Origin: Octopus vulgaris
Taxonomy: Eukaryota
Direction of reading: 5' to 3'
DNA length: 64,000 bases
Assembly: GCA_951406725.2 (NCBI GenBank)
Contig: OX597825.1
Coordinates: 32,798,001-32,862,000, forward strand
Shown: positions 51,461 through 64,000 of the stretch, in pieces
How positions within the stretch are numbered: position 1 is the stretch's first letter
How the letters are laid out: every line of letters starts with the position of its first letter
Program-made: the position numbers and the translations under genes
Notes under the pieces: model-generated
Told to the model about the DNA's origin: nothing
Seen by the model: only the letters and a program-made list of their open reading frames with translations
Database searches by the model: none

Positions 51461-52239
51461 CCCTTTTAGGGCCGATGAAATAAACAGCAATGCAAGGTTT
51501 TAAATTGACGATAGAATAAGAACATCAGCGTGAATACTCTGTAGCATTTGTCTCGGATCTGTTCATTCTGAGCCAACTCCTTCCATTTGGCTGGGAAACT
51601 TAACCCGTGGCCCCATCTTACATCAGCACCCGGCACCTTGGGTGTTTTATGCGAAGTCCACTCTGTTGTAAGCAATGGAATCGGGATCCTGGTCAGAATA
51701 TAACTTCGTTCTTGTATACCATTAGTCGCAGAAACCTTTTAATGAGTCATGGACACTGCTTTACCTCCTGACTAAAAGGTTTTCAAAAATGGATAAACTG
51801 CTTTTAAAATGATTCTAGTGACCTTCGGTACGTCTGTAAATATCGATTCAGTCATAATTGGTTGCAACTGAACCCTCTAGGTTAGTGGTTCAAATTGAAC
51901 TGCAAACAAATGATATATACTAAACGGGAAGTCCCATCGTTGTCTGCTCACTGCGTTTCTTGGGTTTGGTGCTCCCCGGTCAACTGGTGATGGGTTGACT
52001 CTTTAAAAATTTGTATTGCATAATATCATATGTATTTACACACACAGACGCTATAGACTATTGAAATGCTGACCTACGGTGAGACAAAATGCAATGCCGA
52101 AGATCACTGTCAGGATCTGAACTCGGTCATCGATCATAATCAATGAAATGGATTACTGCTCGGGTCGTTATCCCCTGTGCCATCCTTACGAAACTAATTA
52201 CGGTATCACATTAAATTATACTAAGATAATAGTAATAAT

Positions 52240-52400
52240 ACTTCTTTCTACTCAGGGCACAAGGCCTGACATTTTGGGGCAAGGAGCAGCTAGTCGATTA
52301 CATCAACTCCAGTACTCAACTGGTACTTATTTCATTGACCCCGAAAAGATGAAAGGCAAAATCGACCTCGGCGAAATTCGAACGCCGTACGTAAAAGATA
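52240..52400 (-). mobile_element. SINE family B, diverged
   Basis: GACCCCGAAAAGATGAAAGGCAAAATCGACCTCGGCG. Confidence 0.7.
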
Positions 52401-52522
52401 ATAGTAATAATAATAACGGTGCCAAATTTCGGCAAAAAGCGAGAAATTTTAAGGAGTGGGCGTTAAGTGCATGAGAAGATATTTTAAGGATTGGAGTGAA
52501 GCAAAGTTTCATATTAAATATA

Positions 52523-52708
52523 TGGGTGGGCAAAAGTAGGTCTATAGCTGCTTAATATGAGGGGAATGTTCTTATCATCTCTCTATTTCTTTTTTTAGGA
52601 TAAGAATTCGATGATTCTATGTACTCAAACTGATGGTCTTAGAGAGAAATGAAAAGAACATTCTACCTATATTAAGCAAAGTATATACCTATTTTCGCCC
52701 ATTCCTGA
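52523..52708. mobile_element. Tc1/mariner-type MITE
   Basis: GGGTGGGCAAAAGTAGGT..GCTTAATAT..GAATGTTCTT and AAGAACATTC..ATATTAAGC..ACCTATTTTCGCCCA inverted arms. Confidence 0.65.
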
Positions 52709-53357
52709 ATTTGTAACGATTAATGAAAATCGTTGATTAGTTATCATTAATCGGGTTCATATATCCTCTTGCAAGAAGTAGATCAAACCTCTAAACGTTC
52801 CTCCCACCCCTGCATAAAAGAAAAAAAAGACTATTGTGCAAATTTCCGTAAATACAGTAAAAGAATTAATTTTCATATGAGTAACATTTCCTTGTGAACA
52901 GCGCAGGGGTGGTGGGGTGAGCGAACAATATTTTTAGTTTGTCTAAGAATAGAGAAACTACCTGGAATAATACAGTATTACTGGGACGTATTGCCTGGAC
53001 TTAGACCAATCCTATACCCGCCTCCACACACACACACACACACATCCGTCTGTGATAATATATTCTAGCCAGCTAAGTACACCTATCACTGATAAAGTTT
53101 ATCGTGGCCTTGGGCATTTCGTCAAAATCGATATTGAATTATTTCTCTTGTTTCTTCTTGTTTTACTGCCCAAACAATTGTTTCAACTGCAATATATTAT
53201 CGAATTAAAATAGCGGATGTTATCTGTTTTTTATGTACTTTTGATATAAGATAATAGGAGAAAGAGAACTTTGGCCTCTTTCTTAATCTCTCTTTCTTTC
53301 TCTCTCCCCGTCTCTCTCTCTCTCTCTTCTCTTTCCCTCTCTCTCTCACCTCTAAAG

Positions 53358-53392
<35 letters not shown>

Positions 53393-53599
53393 TAAATGTG
53401 TATGTGTATATACATGTGTATACACACATATATATATGTATGTATTGTAGACATCACACATATGAACTAGTATGTACAATTTTCGTTCAGCTTAGGCAAG
53501 ATATTTTATAAGTGAGAGTGCACAATAGCATAAACAGGTAATCGGTGTTACGACTTTACGTCTATATGAATTAAACAAACGAAAAGAATGACATCTAAT

Positions 53600-53990
53600 A
53601 CACAACTTGGAAGAAATACTAAGATTTTACCAAGTTCCCATATTGGCCTATACCTGGACATCGGGTTGGGAATATTTGATGTCTGCATTGGTCACACTTT
53701 GATGAATTTAGGGGAAAAAGAACTCATTCATACCTTTAGTTAATTAGGCCTCAGAATCATTAATTTGTCAAAAGTCGGTCTTTTTTTTTTAGATGTTTCC
53801 CTATATCTAAACTCCTGCTTTTATAAATCAAATGAGAAATTCTATATACACAAACAATCCTGTCACTCCCTATGGTGTTTAGCTAACAGCTGTAATAGGA
53901 TATCTTATCTCTCTTCTAAAGATATATTTGATAAGGCAACCGCCCCACCCACCTTCTATAACAATGCCCCAGCTAACATATAAGATATAT
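53600..53990 (+). pseudogene. Decayed Penelope-like element reverse transcriptase fragment
   Basis: HIGLYLDIGLGI (from GLYRDDGL), FFLDVSLYLNS..YKSNEKFYIHKQSCHS (NFLDVTLNL..KPN..YI..SNHP-like), NRISYLSSKDIFDKA..FYNNA (RIS.LSS..IF..A..YN.AL-like), with frameshifts. Confidence 0.7.
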
Positions 53991-54496
53991 TAGAACACTT
54001 CAAGTAAAAATATGAATCCTAACAATTGACCTAAATATAAGGAGATAATATGGTTCTTACATGAAAATGATACTGACACGCCAAAAGACAATTAACAATA
54101 TATAAACTATTATAATTATTACTTTATTTACCAATATTTACAATTTAATTATTTTATTTAGTGTCTCCTGGTCTAAGTCTTCAGGTCATCAGAGATGAGT
54201 CATTTTAAGTCATCAAAATACACAAATTAGTTATATTCACTTTCCATGTATTTCGGGATGCTTACTAAAATATATTCGTTGCACGACCGCGACTTCATTA
54301 CTGACGCTAATATGAAGGACAAAATGGAAAGCGATTGCAAGTTTTTGTGTGTTTTTAGATGGTTAAAATGATTCTTCTATGATGTGGTTGCTTTAGTTTC
54401 AACACAGTCTCAAATGAAGTCACTTGCAAAAGAAATACAACTCTAAACTATGTGTGTATGTATACATGAGTGAGTGTGTGTGTGTGTGTGTGTGCA

Positions 54497-54949
<453 letters not shown>

Positions 54950-55074
54950 ATTAATTTACTCTGCTATGTATTGAGTACCTTATTTACTGTTGTTAACCCC
55001 GACTCAACCCGGGACCTACATATATATATATATATATAGATATATAGATATATATGATGGGCTCTCTCGTAGGT

Positions 55075-55595
55075 TTCGACATATGAGACTCTGACAGCCT
55101 ACTCTTTCTTTGTTAGTAACAACGTTAGTATGATGTCGGATATGACATTTAAGTCCCGTCAACAACTTGCAAAGTAGCCCACAGATGTTTCAAGTATGAG
55201 GATTACAGGTCAATACAGGTGGTATATTTGCTGCTGTCTTTCTCCTTTGCCTTGCATTCCTAAGCCTGTTAATGCTGGTTGCAACAAAGTTTTTTGTAAC
55301 ATTCTAACACAACGATCTCCAATTTCTTTGCTCCAAGGTTGTTTGCTCAAAAGTGTTGTGAACTGTATTGATTGCTGAGAGGTTACTCATCAGCTTATCT
55401 TTATATCAGAGCCATGGCTGACCAACATTCCTGCGCTCATTATCAAGCTGGTTGTACATGAGGACTTTGGGTATTGTTTCATCATTCATTCTGACGACAT
55501 GACAAGCCCAGCGCAACGGCTACTGCTTGAGGAATCTTTCAAGTCCACCAGTTCTTCACTTGCTAAACAGGCCGACATTAGAAACTCTGTCTTTT
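55075..55595 (-). mobile_element. RTE-clade LINE 3' fragment
   Basis: LRWACHVVRMNDETIPKVLMYNQLDNERRNVGQPWL*YKDKLMSNL...RNWRSLC...ICGLLCKLLTGLKCHIRHH matches the RTE C-terminus (LRWAGHVVRM and terminal C2H2-like motif). Confidence 0.85.
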
Positions 55596-55668
55596 AGTGA
55601 ATTTGTGTGTGTAAGTATGTGTATGTGTGTGTGTGTGTGTGTGTGTACGTATATATCTGTGTGCACGT

Positions 55669-55899
55669 ATACTCTCTTTTTACTCTTTTACTTGTTTCAG
55701 TCATTTCACTGTGGCCATGCTGGAGCACCGCCTTTAGTCGAGCAAATAGACCCCAGGACTTATTCTTTGTAAGCCTAGTACTTATTCTATCGGTCTCTTT
55801 TGCCGAACCACTAAGTTACAAGGACGTAAACACACCAGCATCGGTTGTCAAGCGATGTTGGGGGGACAAACACAGACACACAAACATATACACACATAT

Positions 55900-55973
<74 letters not shown>

Positions 55974-56118
55974 CGGGCTTCCTTCAGTTTCCATCTACCA
56001 AATCCACTCAGAAGGCTTTGGTCGGCCCGAGGCTATAGTAGAAGACACTTGCCCATGGTGCCACGCAGTGGGAATTGACCCGGAACCATGAGGTTGGTAA
56101 GCAAGCTTCTTACCACAC
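55669..56118 (-). mobile_element. SINE family C, near full length
   Basis: Colinear with 14433-14887. Confidence 0.9.
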
Positions 56119-56416
56119 ATATCTATATATATATATTGTGTGTGTGCATGCGCGTGTATCTGCGTTTGTTTCTGAGTACACTGTTTGTCTTATGTATGTA
56201 TATGTATACATATACAAATATATATACGCATAGATATATATATCAACTGTAATGTGAACACGTGACTCAATATAAATTATATATGAAGCATTTATTGTCA
56301 TTGTCGCAGGCAGAGTAAAGAGACCAGCGTCAACAATCTCACCATCACGAAGGTCCGTCTCCCCAACATGTTCTCTCTCTCCCTCCCTCTCTCTCTCCCT
56401 CCTGCCCTCTCCCTCT

Positions 56417-56448
<32 letters not shown>

Positions 56449-58192
56449 TCGTTTGTGTAATAAGGAAATTTTAAATGCCACCTTCACACACAACACACAA
56501 ATAAATGTGTGGCGGTCTACAAGTGCTTTGTCAAGTTTTGCACTGTAGTATTTTTCTCGTTCAATTTTTTAGCAATGATGTTGAAGAAAGCAAAGCTGTT
56601 ATACATCAATAAATGATGAGCCAATTGTTTGTGCGCCCTGAGACGCACGGTTGCCGTAAAGTCGTTTGTAGGATTAATGAAATGGATACAAAACTTAATT
56701 TGAAAATTGCCGTTTCAAATTTTGGCTCAAGGCCAATAATTCTAATGAGAGTTGGTTAGTCGATTACATTGACCTCATTACATGACAAGTGCTTATTTTA
56801 TTGACTTCGAAAGGGTGAAAAGCAAAGCTGACCGCGCGGCGGCACTTTGTCCACCGCCTTAATGATTTTGTTAGCTCACCCACGCCATAGTTTGAATAAT
56901 ATTAAAAATATATTTTTCATATTAACCAAATTATGTAGCGTTCACATCATCATCATTGCAATATTAGTCTGCAGTTGTTGATGACATGGCAGTAATAAGT
57001 TCTTTGAGTTGGAGATGTGGACTATTTCAAAGAACATTTGGTCAAATTCTTATCTGAAGTACCAGATGAACCCGGGACTTGGCAGGAAACCCAAAAAGAG
57101 TATCTCTGTCCAACTCGCTACTTTACTAAAAAAAAACAGTTATGAAGAGAGAAAGTCGGGAAGTGATGTGAAATAAAAACCAATCAAATCAGAGTTGGCG
57201 CTCCAGCATGGCCGGTCGGTGCCTCTAATTGAAATCATTAACAGTAAAAGTGAAAAGTGTGGTGTTTTTTAAATCTCAGCATGCCCTGCTTAGTGTAGGG
57301 AGACGAAACAAAGCATTGAGATCTGTAACAAAAACGTTCCAAATGAGACGTGACGGAATTAGAAGCCTTCGTAGTCGAGATTCCTTCAGTGATTTTATGA
57401 CATAACATCACATTCTGATTCAGCATCAAACATCATTATCATTACTGTATAGATTTTCAAATGATTTTTCCAAGAACATCATTTCTATCTTTGATATTAT
57501 TGAAAACCACACGAGGGGGTTTTCTAAGTCTGTCCTGTTTAGTGAAGTGAATGAATACAAACGTTTCTCGGTTTGTGCGTTATGTTATTTTACATGGCTT
57601 ATTGAACTACAAGAGACGGATCATGTTAGAATTAGTTATACTTCCCTAATTCATTGATCTCTTTAATGGAATTCAGATCGCCATCGAAATGTTTCAGTTT
57701 GTAGAGATTAAAAATTTTTTTTTTACGTTTCACTATTGCTGATATGGAAAAGAAGTTGTGTAAAATTGCCCCTGGAGGTGTACTATGCTTGACAAGAATA
57801 TAATTCAATCAATTCTTCCGGAAGTTCTCCGTGTCAATGTTGGAAAATTTGATTTTCCAACAAAGTCTTGTAATGGATTCTATGTACTTACGCAAGAATT
57901 GATGTATATATTTAATGCAGCCTTCATCTCATTGTAATATATTCATGCATGTATAAGTGTATAAATTTGTGTATGTGTACCTCATATATATATACATATA
58001 TATACATGAAAAAGAAAACTGTATATGTGTGTGTATGTGTAAGCTTCACAACGTGCGCGCGCACGTACTCACAAGTTTACATCATGAAAGAATAAAACTT
58101 TCAGGCAAATTAGAGATATACAAAATACAATAAAATGATACGCTGAAGAAACTTGTAGGTGATCGTTCGACCTGTTAGAAATAGTAGCCATA

Positions 58193-58426
58193 GAAGGCGG
58201 CGGGCTGGCAGAAACGTTAGCACATCGGGCGAAATGCTTAGCGGTATTTCGTCTGTCGTTACGTTCCGAGTTCAAATTCCGCCGTGGTCGATTTTGCCTT
58301 TCATCCTTTTGGGGTCGATTAAATAAGTACCAGTTACGCACTGGGGTTGATATAATCGACTTAATCCGTTTGTCTGTCCTTGTTTGTCCCCTCTGTGTAT
58401 AGCCCCTTGTGGGCAGTAAAGAAATC
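58193..58426 (+). mobile_element. SINE family B with 16-bp target-site duplication, inserted into a family E repeat
   Basis: AGAAATAGTAGCCATA (58177-58192) and AGAAACAGTAGCCATA (58427-58442). Confidence 0.88.
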
Positions 58427-59568
58427 AGAAACAGTAGCCATATCTCACACAAATGATACTTTACCGGTTTAGAAAAAGGAAGGACATATTGGTTAATGAT
58501 TCCTAGTGCAGTAAAAGTAATGTTGAGATGGTCACGAGTGGAAAACTTCTAATCAGTGAGAGTCGATTCGGTATTATAAAACAACAAAAACGGGTTAAAA
58601 AATTCTTTCAAGAAATGTTCGTTGTTTCATTAAATTCCAATCCCGATACATTAACTGAGTCTGTGGAAACGGTTGTAACTCGATGGCACCTAAGAACACA
58701 TACAAACATACTCACACACATATGCACGCACATGCGTGTATGTGTGTGTGTGCGTGTGCGTGTGTAATTTGAGAAAAATAACTATATTATACTAACATAC
58801 ACGCTCACGCTCACACAAACACACGCGCGCGCATACACTATGTATGTATGTATGTATGTATTATGTATGTATGTATGTATGTAAGTGTGTATGTATGTAT
58901 GTATGTATGTATCTATCTATCTATTCATGTATATATTTACACATGAACGCATAAATGTGCATGTACTTGTAGAAGCGATGGGGTTTTCCATGTCCCCAAC
59001 AAGAGCATTCGGTTCTTCTATCGTATTTCTCTACTCGAAAAAGCATCAGGGTCAAGCACAGACACGTGATCTTTGAACCCAATTCTGAAACTGAATCCAA
59101 TAGAAATAGAATGAAAAGCAGCAGGGAACTAACGCCACTACTAGAGAGCCATTTTATTTTGTTATCGACCCTAAAAGCGTAAATGCAAAGTTGGCCATGG
59201 CAGGGTTTGAACTCAGATTGCCTGACCAATCACGCGGTGTCACGTTAAGAAACGCTGTCAAGGTTCTGCCTTACTTCACCATACTACCTTTGTACTTCCA
59301 GAACGTGTTACAGGTTGTTAGATAAACACCTGGTTAGATAAGTTCAATGTGGTAGTCTGAAAGATAAGCGTGCTATAAATATGAGGATAAGCGCATCGTG
59401 CTACATACGTATATATACATATCTATATCTATCAATATCAGTATATGTGTGTGTGTATGTGTATCTATATATGTGTATAGACATATATGTAAGTACACAT
59501 ACGTACCGAATGAAAGAGAGTGAGAGCAATATAAATCAGTATACACACACACATATATATTATATATG

Positions 59569-59677
<109 letters not shown>

Positions 59678-59749
59678 TAAATTAAACATATGCATATATA
59701 TATATACATATATGTACGTACCTACCTCTACATGTATATATACACGCAT

Positions 59750-59930
59750 ATATGAGTACAGGACACCAAAAAAAAAACGTCGAACACAATGAGAAACGAA
59801 AACATAGACACAAACCCAAGGAACTGGACATTTTTCTTAAACAACAAAAAAATAGAGTACAGGACAAATAACACAAGGGAAAAAACCCTTCTTCAGTCGC
59901 CATGGTTTCATCTACTCTACGTTTCGAAAT
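59750..59930 (-). mobile_element. Probable Penelope-like terminal fragment
   Basis: Internal direct repeat GAGTACAGGACA; reverse strand has CGAAACGTA...CTGAAGAAGG; same layout as the interior of 10562-10795. Confidence 0.4.
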
Positions 59931-59932
59931 TA

Positions 59933-60632
59933 TTTTACTCATTTCAGTCATGCGGCTACAGTCATGCTGCAGCAACACTGATCTTTCTGATTTCCCCAGT
60001 CTAGGGCGTTTCACATCACCACGCCTTTGTCCCAGCTGTTGATCCCTTTGGTGTGTAAGGGAGTTTGATTTCGCTGCTCTCGTCTGCACCTCATGTCGGG
60101 TTCTTGGTTCATTCGGTATTGTGGAGAGGAGGATGTCTAGTTCATTTTTGAAGACATCTACTTCCACTTTATGCAGATTTCTTGATGTTTGTGGCAGGGC
60201 ATTGAAGAGCTATACACATTTGAACCCTAGACTATTGCAGTACCTGGACCTGAATTTAGATGAAGTGGATGGTACCTTTGGTACAATACAATGATGGCCA
60301 GTGCTGGCATTTGTATACCACTCAATGCCGAAATTAGGTACTAGCCCTTCTCGGATTTTCCATATACAGATTATTGCGTACCTCTCACGTCTTCGTTCCA
60401 GGGTCTAAAGTTGCAGTTTTCTCAGCCTATCCCTGTAGCTCATCCGCTACACTCACAATCTTTTTAATGTAGTGGCGTCGGACTGCTTCAACCTCCGCTG
60501 TTAGTTTAGTACTATGTGGTGACCATAACTGGGAGCAATAGTCTAGGCGGCTGAAAACAAATGTTCTCCACAGGGTCTCTAGAATTGAAGGATCTCAGTA
60601 CCCATCCTACCAGTTGTCTGCACTTTGCTGCT
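59933..60632 (-). mobile_element. CR1/L2-group LINE 3' fragment
   Basis: WRTFVFSRLDYCSQLWSPH..ELEAV..LERRRERYAIICIWKI..GLVPNFGI..LFNALP..VDVFKNELDILLSTIPNEP..AAKSNSL, with frameshifts. Confidence 0.85.
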
Positions 60633-60753
60633 ATGTTGGTAGTGAGCATATAAAATGTTGCGTCATTGCACCTATTGATCCACTACCTGTAACTCTGGGA
60701 TTGTAGTCCCTTCGGGTCCTGTATATGCAGGCTGTAGTGCATCCGCGAGTTGA

Positions 60754-60805
<52 letters not shown>

Positions 60806-60825
60806 CATTTATATTTGTTGGTCTG

Positions 60826-61184
60826 TTCGACGAGAATGATTCCGCCCAGATGACTTGGCTGTTGCAACTGAACCAGTTGTTTTAAACTTCGTCATTAGTC
60901 TTTGAACCGTAAACTCGTTGGGTGTTTCATTTTTTCCCAAAATGGTACGAAGTGTTCGAGCTGTTTGCGTCGCTCTTTCTCAGTTTTGGTAAAATGTCTT
61001 CCCGATGAGAACACATTGCTCAGTTGTAAACTGCTCTATGATACACTGCACACTATCCTGAAAAACGAACAAAACAAAACTATTAATCGGAGTGAAGAGA
61101 GATAGCTAACATGATAAAAGCATGCCTTCAAAATTCAAAACACAAAAGTGTAGCCCAATTCAAATTCGGCGCTCTTTATTGTAC

Positions 61185-61190
<6 letters not shown>
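60826..61190 (-). mobile_element. Tc1/mariner 5' end with N-terminal HTH (DUF4817-like) transposase relic
   Basis: EQFTTEQCVLIGKTFYQN*ERATQTARTLRTILGKNETPNEFTVQRLMTKFKTTGSVATAKSSGRNHSRRT; TIR-like TA-AGGTGTACAATAA end next to (TA)n. Confidence 0.75.
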
Positions 61191-61253
<63 letters not shown>

Positions 61254-61399
61254 TATCATATCATATATCATATATATTATATAATGTATGTGTGTGTATG
61301 CATGTATGTTTTTTCTTCTCTTTATTAGCTTATTTTCTCGAATGAGGGATTTTGTTTCTTACAAAAAAGCAAAAACTCTCTCAATGGAGATTGGATAAC

Positions 61400-61960
61400 A
61401 ATGATGATTGTTAAAAAAAATTCTGTACACTTTTACAATTCGTGTTACAGATTGTATCTATAAAGTTCGTGTCGGCCGGTCTCTTTTCTTTGCTTGAAAA
61501 TCGTAGCTTCTGTAGATTGTGACTAAATTATTGAATGTCATAACCGAATACACGGATGAGTATGCAAATTTATAATCTGAATGGATGAGCTGAAGATTTC
61601 AGAGCAGTTGACCATCGACATTCTCATTCTCGCTGATTTTAGAAACCATGTTCATATCTACAGGGCAACTTATATCTATAACAGCATATGGCTTTTTTAT
61701 CTGTCCCAAATCGCTATGTCAGGTCCGTTATGCTTGTACTTGGTAAAACGTTATTGGAATGTTTCACCAATATTCGTTGTGATAATATGCATGTATATAT
61801 TCCATAGCAGGCGAGTTTTGTATTTATCCTACGGCCTGGTATACTGTTTTAGCAACAACATGTCGCAGTGCAAAACAGTGCCGCGACTTTGGGACAACTG
61901 CTGATTAAAGGTGATATGTCCTCCACAAAAGAATGGCACAATTTCGGGTAAATCTTGGTA
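61400..61960 (-). mobile_element. REL-endonuclease LINE fragment (zinc knuckle plus PD..D nuclease)
   Basis: CHSFVEDISPLISSCPK..EYW*NIPI..KHNGPDIAIWDR..IDISCPVDMNMVSKISENENVDGQLL*NLQL; same family as 18850-19230. Confidence 0.75.
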
Positions 61961-62039
61961 TGTTATGATGTATGTATGTATACTTACATAGTCACGTAAA
62001 TAAGTCTAGGATAAGTATATATGTATATATAAGTATATA

Positions 62040-62076
<37 letters not shown>

Positions 62077-62135
62077 TGTATGCAGGTGCGTACACGTATA
62101 CATATGCATATATGCATATACAAGCAGATACACGC

Positions 62136-62176
<41 letters not shown>

Positions 62177-62236
62177 TAGATACATAAATGCATGCATACA
62201 TGCATATATACCTCCGTACCTATATGTATATGTATA

Positions 62237-62273
<37 letters not shown>

Positions 62274-62612
62274 CATATAGTATTACAATTGAATTGAGAG
62301 TGTTGGACGAGGAGTGAATTCTGTCTCGAGCATTCTGAGTGATTAAATTTGAAAAGTACGTGTCATATTGGCCGGAAGAAGGACTAGAGAAAACAATTAC
62401 AAAAGCCGTCTACTACCGGTATAATTCTGACGATAAGATAGGACGTGACTTGGCGTACGCTAACCTGTCTTGGCTCAACACGGTCCGGGAGGAGTAACGT
62501 AACTATCTTCTCTTATTATCCACCCGCAGACAAACACCCAGAGCTGCCATCGTATCAACAACACGCGTACACACACACAAACACACAAACACACACAGAT
62601 ACTATTTGTGTG

Positions 62613-62770
62613 TGTAGCTGTGTGGTAAGAAACTTGCTTCCCAACCCCACGGTTCCAGGTTGAGTCCCACTGCGTGGCACCTTGGGCAAGCGTCTTATAC
62701 TATAGCCTCGAGCCGACCAAAGCCTTGTGAGTAGATTTGGAAGACGAAAACTGAAAGAAGCCCGTTGTAC
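62613..62770 (+). mobile_element. SINE family C head half
   Basis: GCTGTGTGGTAAGAAACTTGC...CCCACTGCGTGGCACCTTGGGCAAG. Confidence 0.8.
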
Positions 62771-62792
62771 ATATATAAATATATATATATAT

Positions 62793-63010
62793 AAAGGGAA
62801 AGTTTACAAAAATAAACAAAAGACGAAGGCAGGTGGAGTACAAACAAACAAATGTATTAGTATAGCGCTTAGGAATAGAAAAAGTCCTTTACGTTTCGAG
62901 CCTACTCTCTTCGATAGAAAGATACACAGAAAAAAACAAGGAGAGAAACAAAGAAAGAAAAAAATGCGTGTAGGAGCTAACGATCTATCATGGCGTCCTG
63001 ACTTCGGACA
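62793..63010 (-). mobile_element. Penelope-like fragment with degenerate hammerhead (62887-62921)
   Basis: Reverse strand CTTTCTATCGAAGAGAGTAGGCTCGAAACGTAAAGG, followed by sequence related to 13846-13950; a short related piece lies at 32181-32230. Confidence 0.55.
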
Positions 63011-64000
63011 TATATATATATTTCTGTATGTATGTATTGTACACACATTGTACGCAGCACAGCATAAATCAGAAGAACTGAAATATATTTAAACGCTTCA
63101 AAGCTTCGCTGGAGATTAAATAAGACCGTAACGAAATTCTTCTCTTTTACGTTGCGTTGCGCATAAAATAGTTTTGTTTAATTTATGACAAGCAGTCAAA
63201 AGTGCATATAGGCAAATCAAGCTGTCCCAGCCTGGTGCTAGTCTAATTTATGACTGCTTTATGATACAGCTGGTGCATGCGTTTACGTTCATGCTTAACT
63301 AACAGCATGGCTTAATAATGCTTATATTATATTAAATTTGGGAGAGAGAAAAATTACTTATATGCGTTGCAAAACTTCGTGTTTTATGATATTAGTAAAG
63401 GGAGTAGTATCCTTGAATACATTCAACACAGTTATTGAGTGCTTCTTTTCTTTGTTTTGCAAATTTAAATATACATTTACACGCATCATTCACAATAGGT
63501 TGAATACATACATACATACATACATACATACATACATACATACATACATACATACATGCATACATACGTACGTACGTACGTACATACATACATACATACA
63601 TACATACATACATACATACATACATACATACATACATACATACATACATACATACATACATACACTCAGGTTTGGTCAAATTGCTGAATAAACCTCTGAT
63701 GAGAACTCAATAAGTTTCAAACATCGATTAAGTCTGTTCATTTTTTTCAATTTATAGAGAAATAACTAAATACCATTGAGGTTACATATGTGTTTCTAAG
63801 TGTGAATGTGTGTGTATGTATGTATGTATGTATGTATGTATGTATGTATGAATGTGTATGTATGTATGTATATAAGTATATACATACATAATTACACAAA
63901 CACACACAAGCACACACAAACACCCCCTACACACACACATCTGAAAGGTTTAGACGTTTGTTTTGCTTCATAACAACGAGGTCTTGGGTACCTTCTCACT

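Noticed and set aside
56305-56352. AG|..RVKRP..|GT mini-exon reminiscent of a SOX HMG-box start
   Set aside because: Continues ASTISPSR rather than MNAFMVW and the donor is weak; coincidental.
61581-61904. 107-aa + strand ORF
   Set aside because: Antisense to the REL-LINE fragment.

Overview
Eukaryotic, AT-rich, microsatellite-dense DNA with no intact protein-coding gene that I can support. Almost all supplied ORFs are translations of simple repeats or antisense shadows of transposon relics. The SINE families and repeat density suggest a coleoid cephalopod (Octopus-like) intron or intergenic region; this is inference. The window holds four tRNA-headed SINE families (about 35 copies, several with clean target-site duplications), decayed LINEs (REL-endonuclease R4/Dong-like, RTE, CR1-like and an old I/Jockey-group-like RT), Tc1/mariner relics (DD36E-spaced, DD37D maT-like and an HTH fragment) and several MITEs. 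The most notable signal is a set of short Penelope-like (PLE) fragments sitting inside (TA)n tracts. Many are fold-back palindromes and several carry hammerhead-ribozyme motifs. One at 20007-20068 (-) folds by eye into a complete canonical type I hammerhead, one at 20539-20628 (-) has a palindromic stem III, and a minimal family recurs four times. A decayed PLE reverse transcriptase lies at about 53.6-54.0 kb. A transposon-poor, trinucleotide-repeat and CpG-rich block at about 23.6-32.4 kb with two GTAAGT donors may be the 5'/regulatory end of a gene. All coordinates were read by eye and boundaries of decayed elements are approximate.
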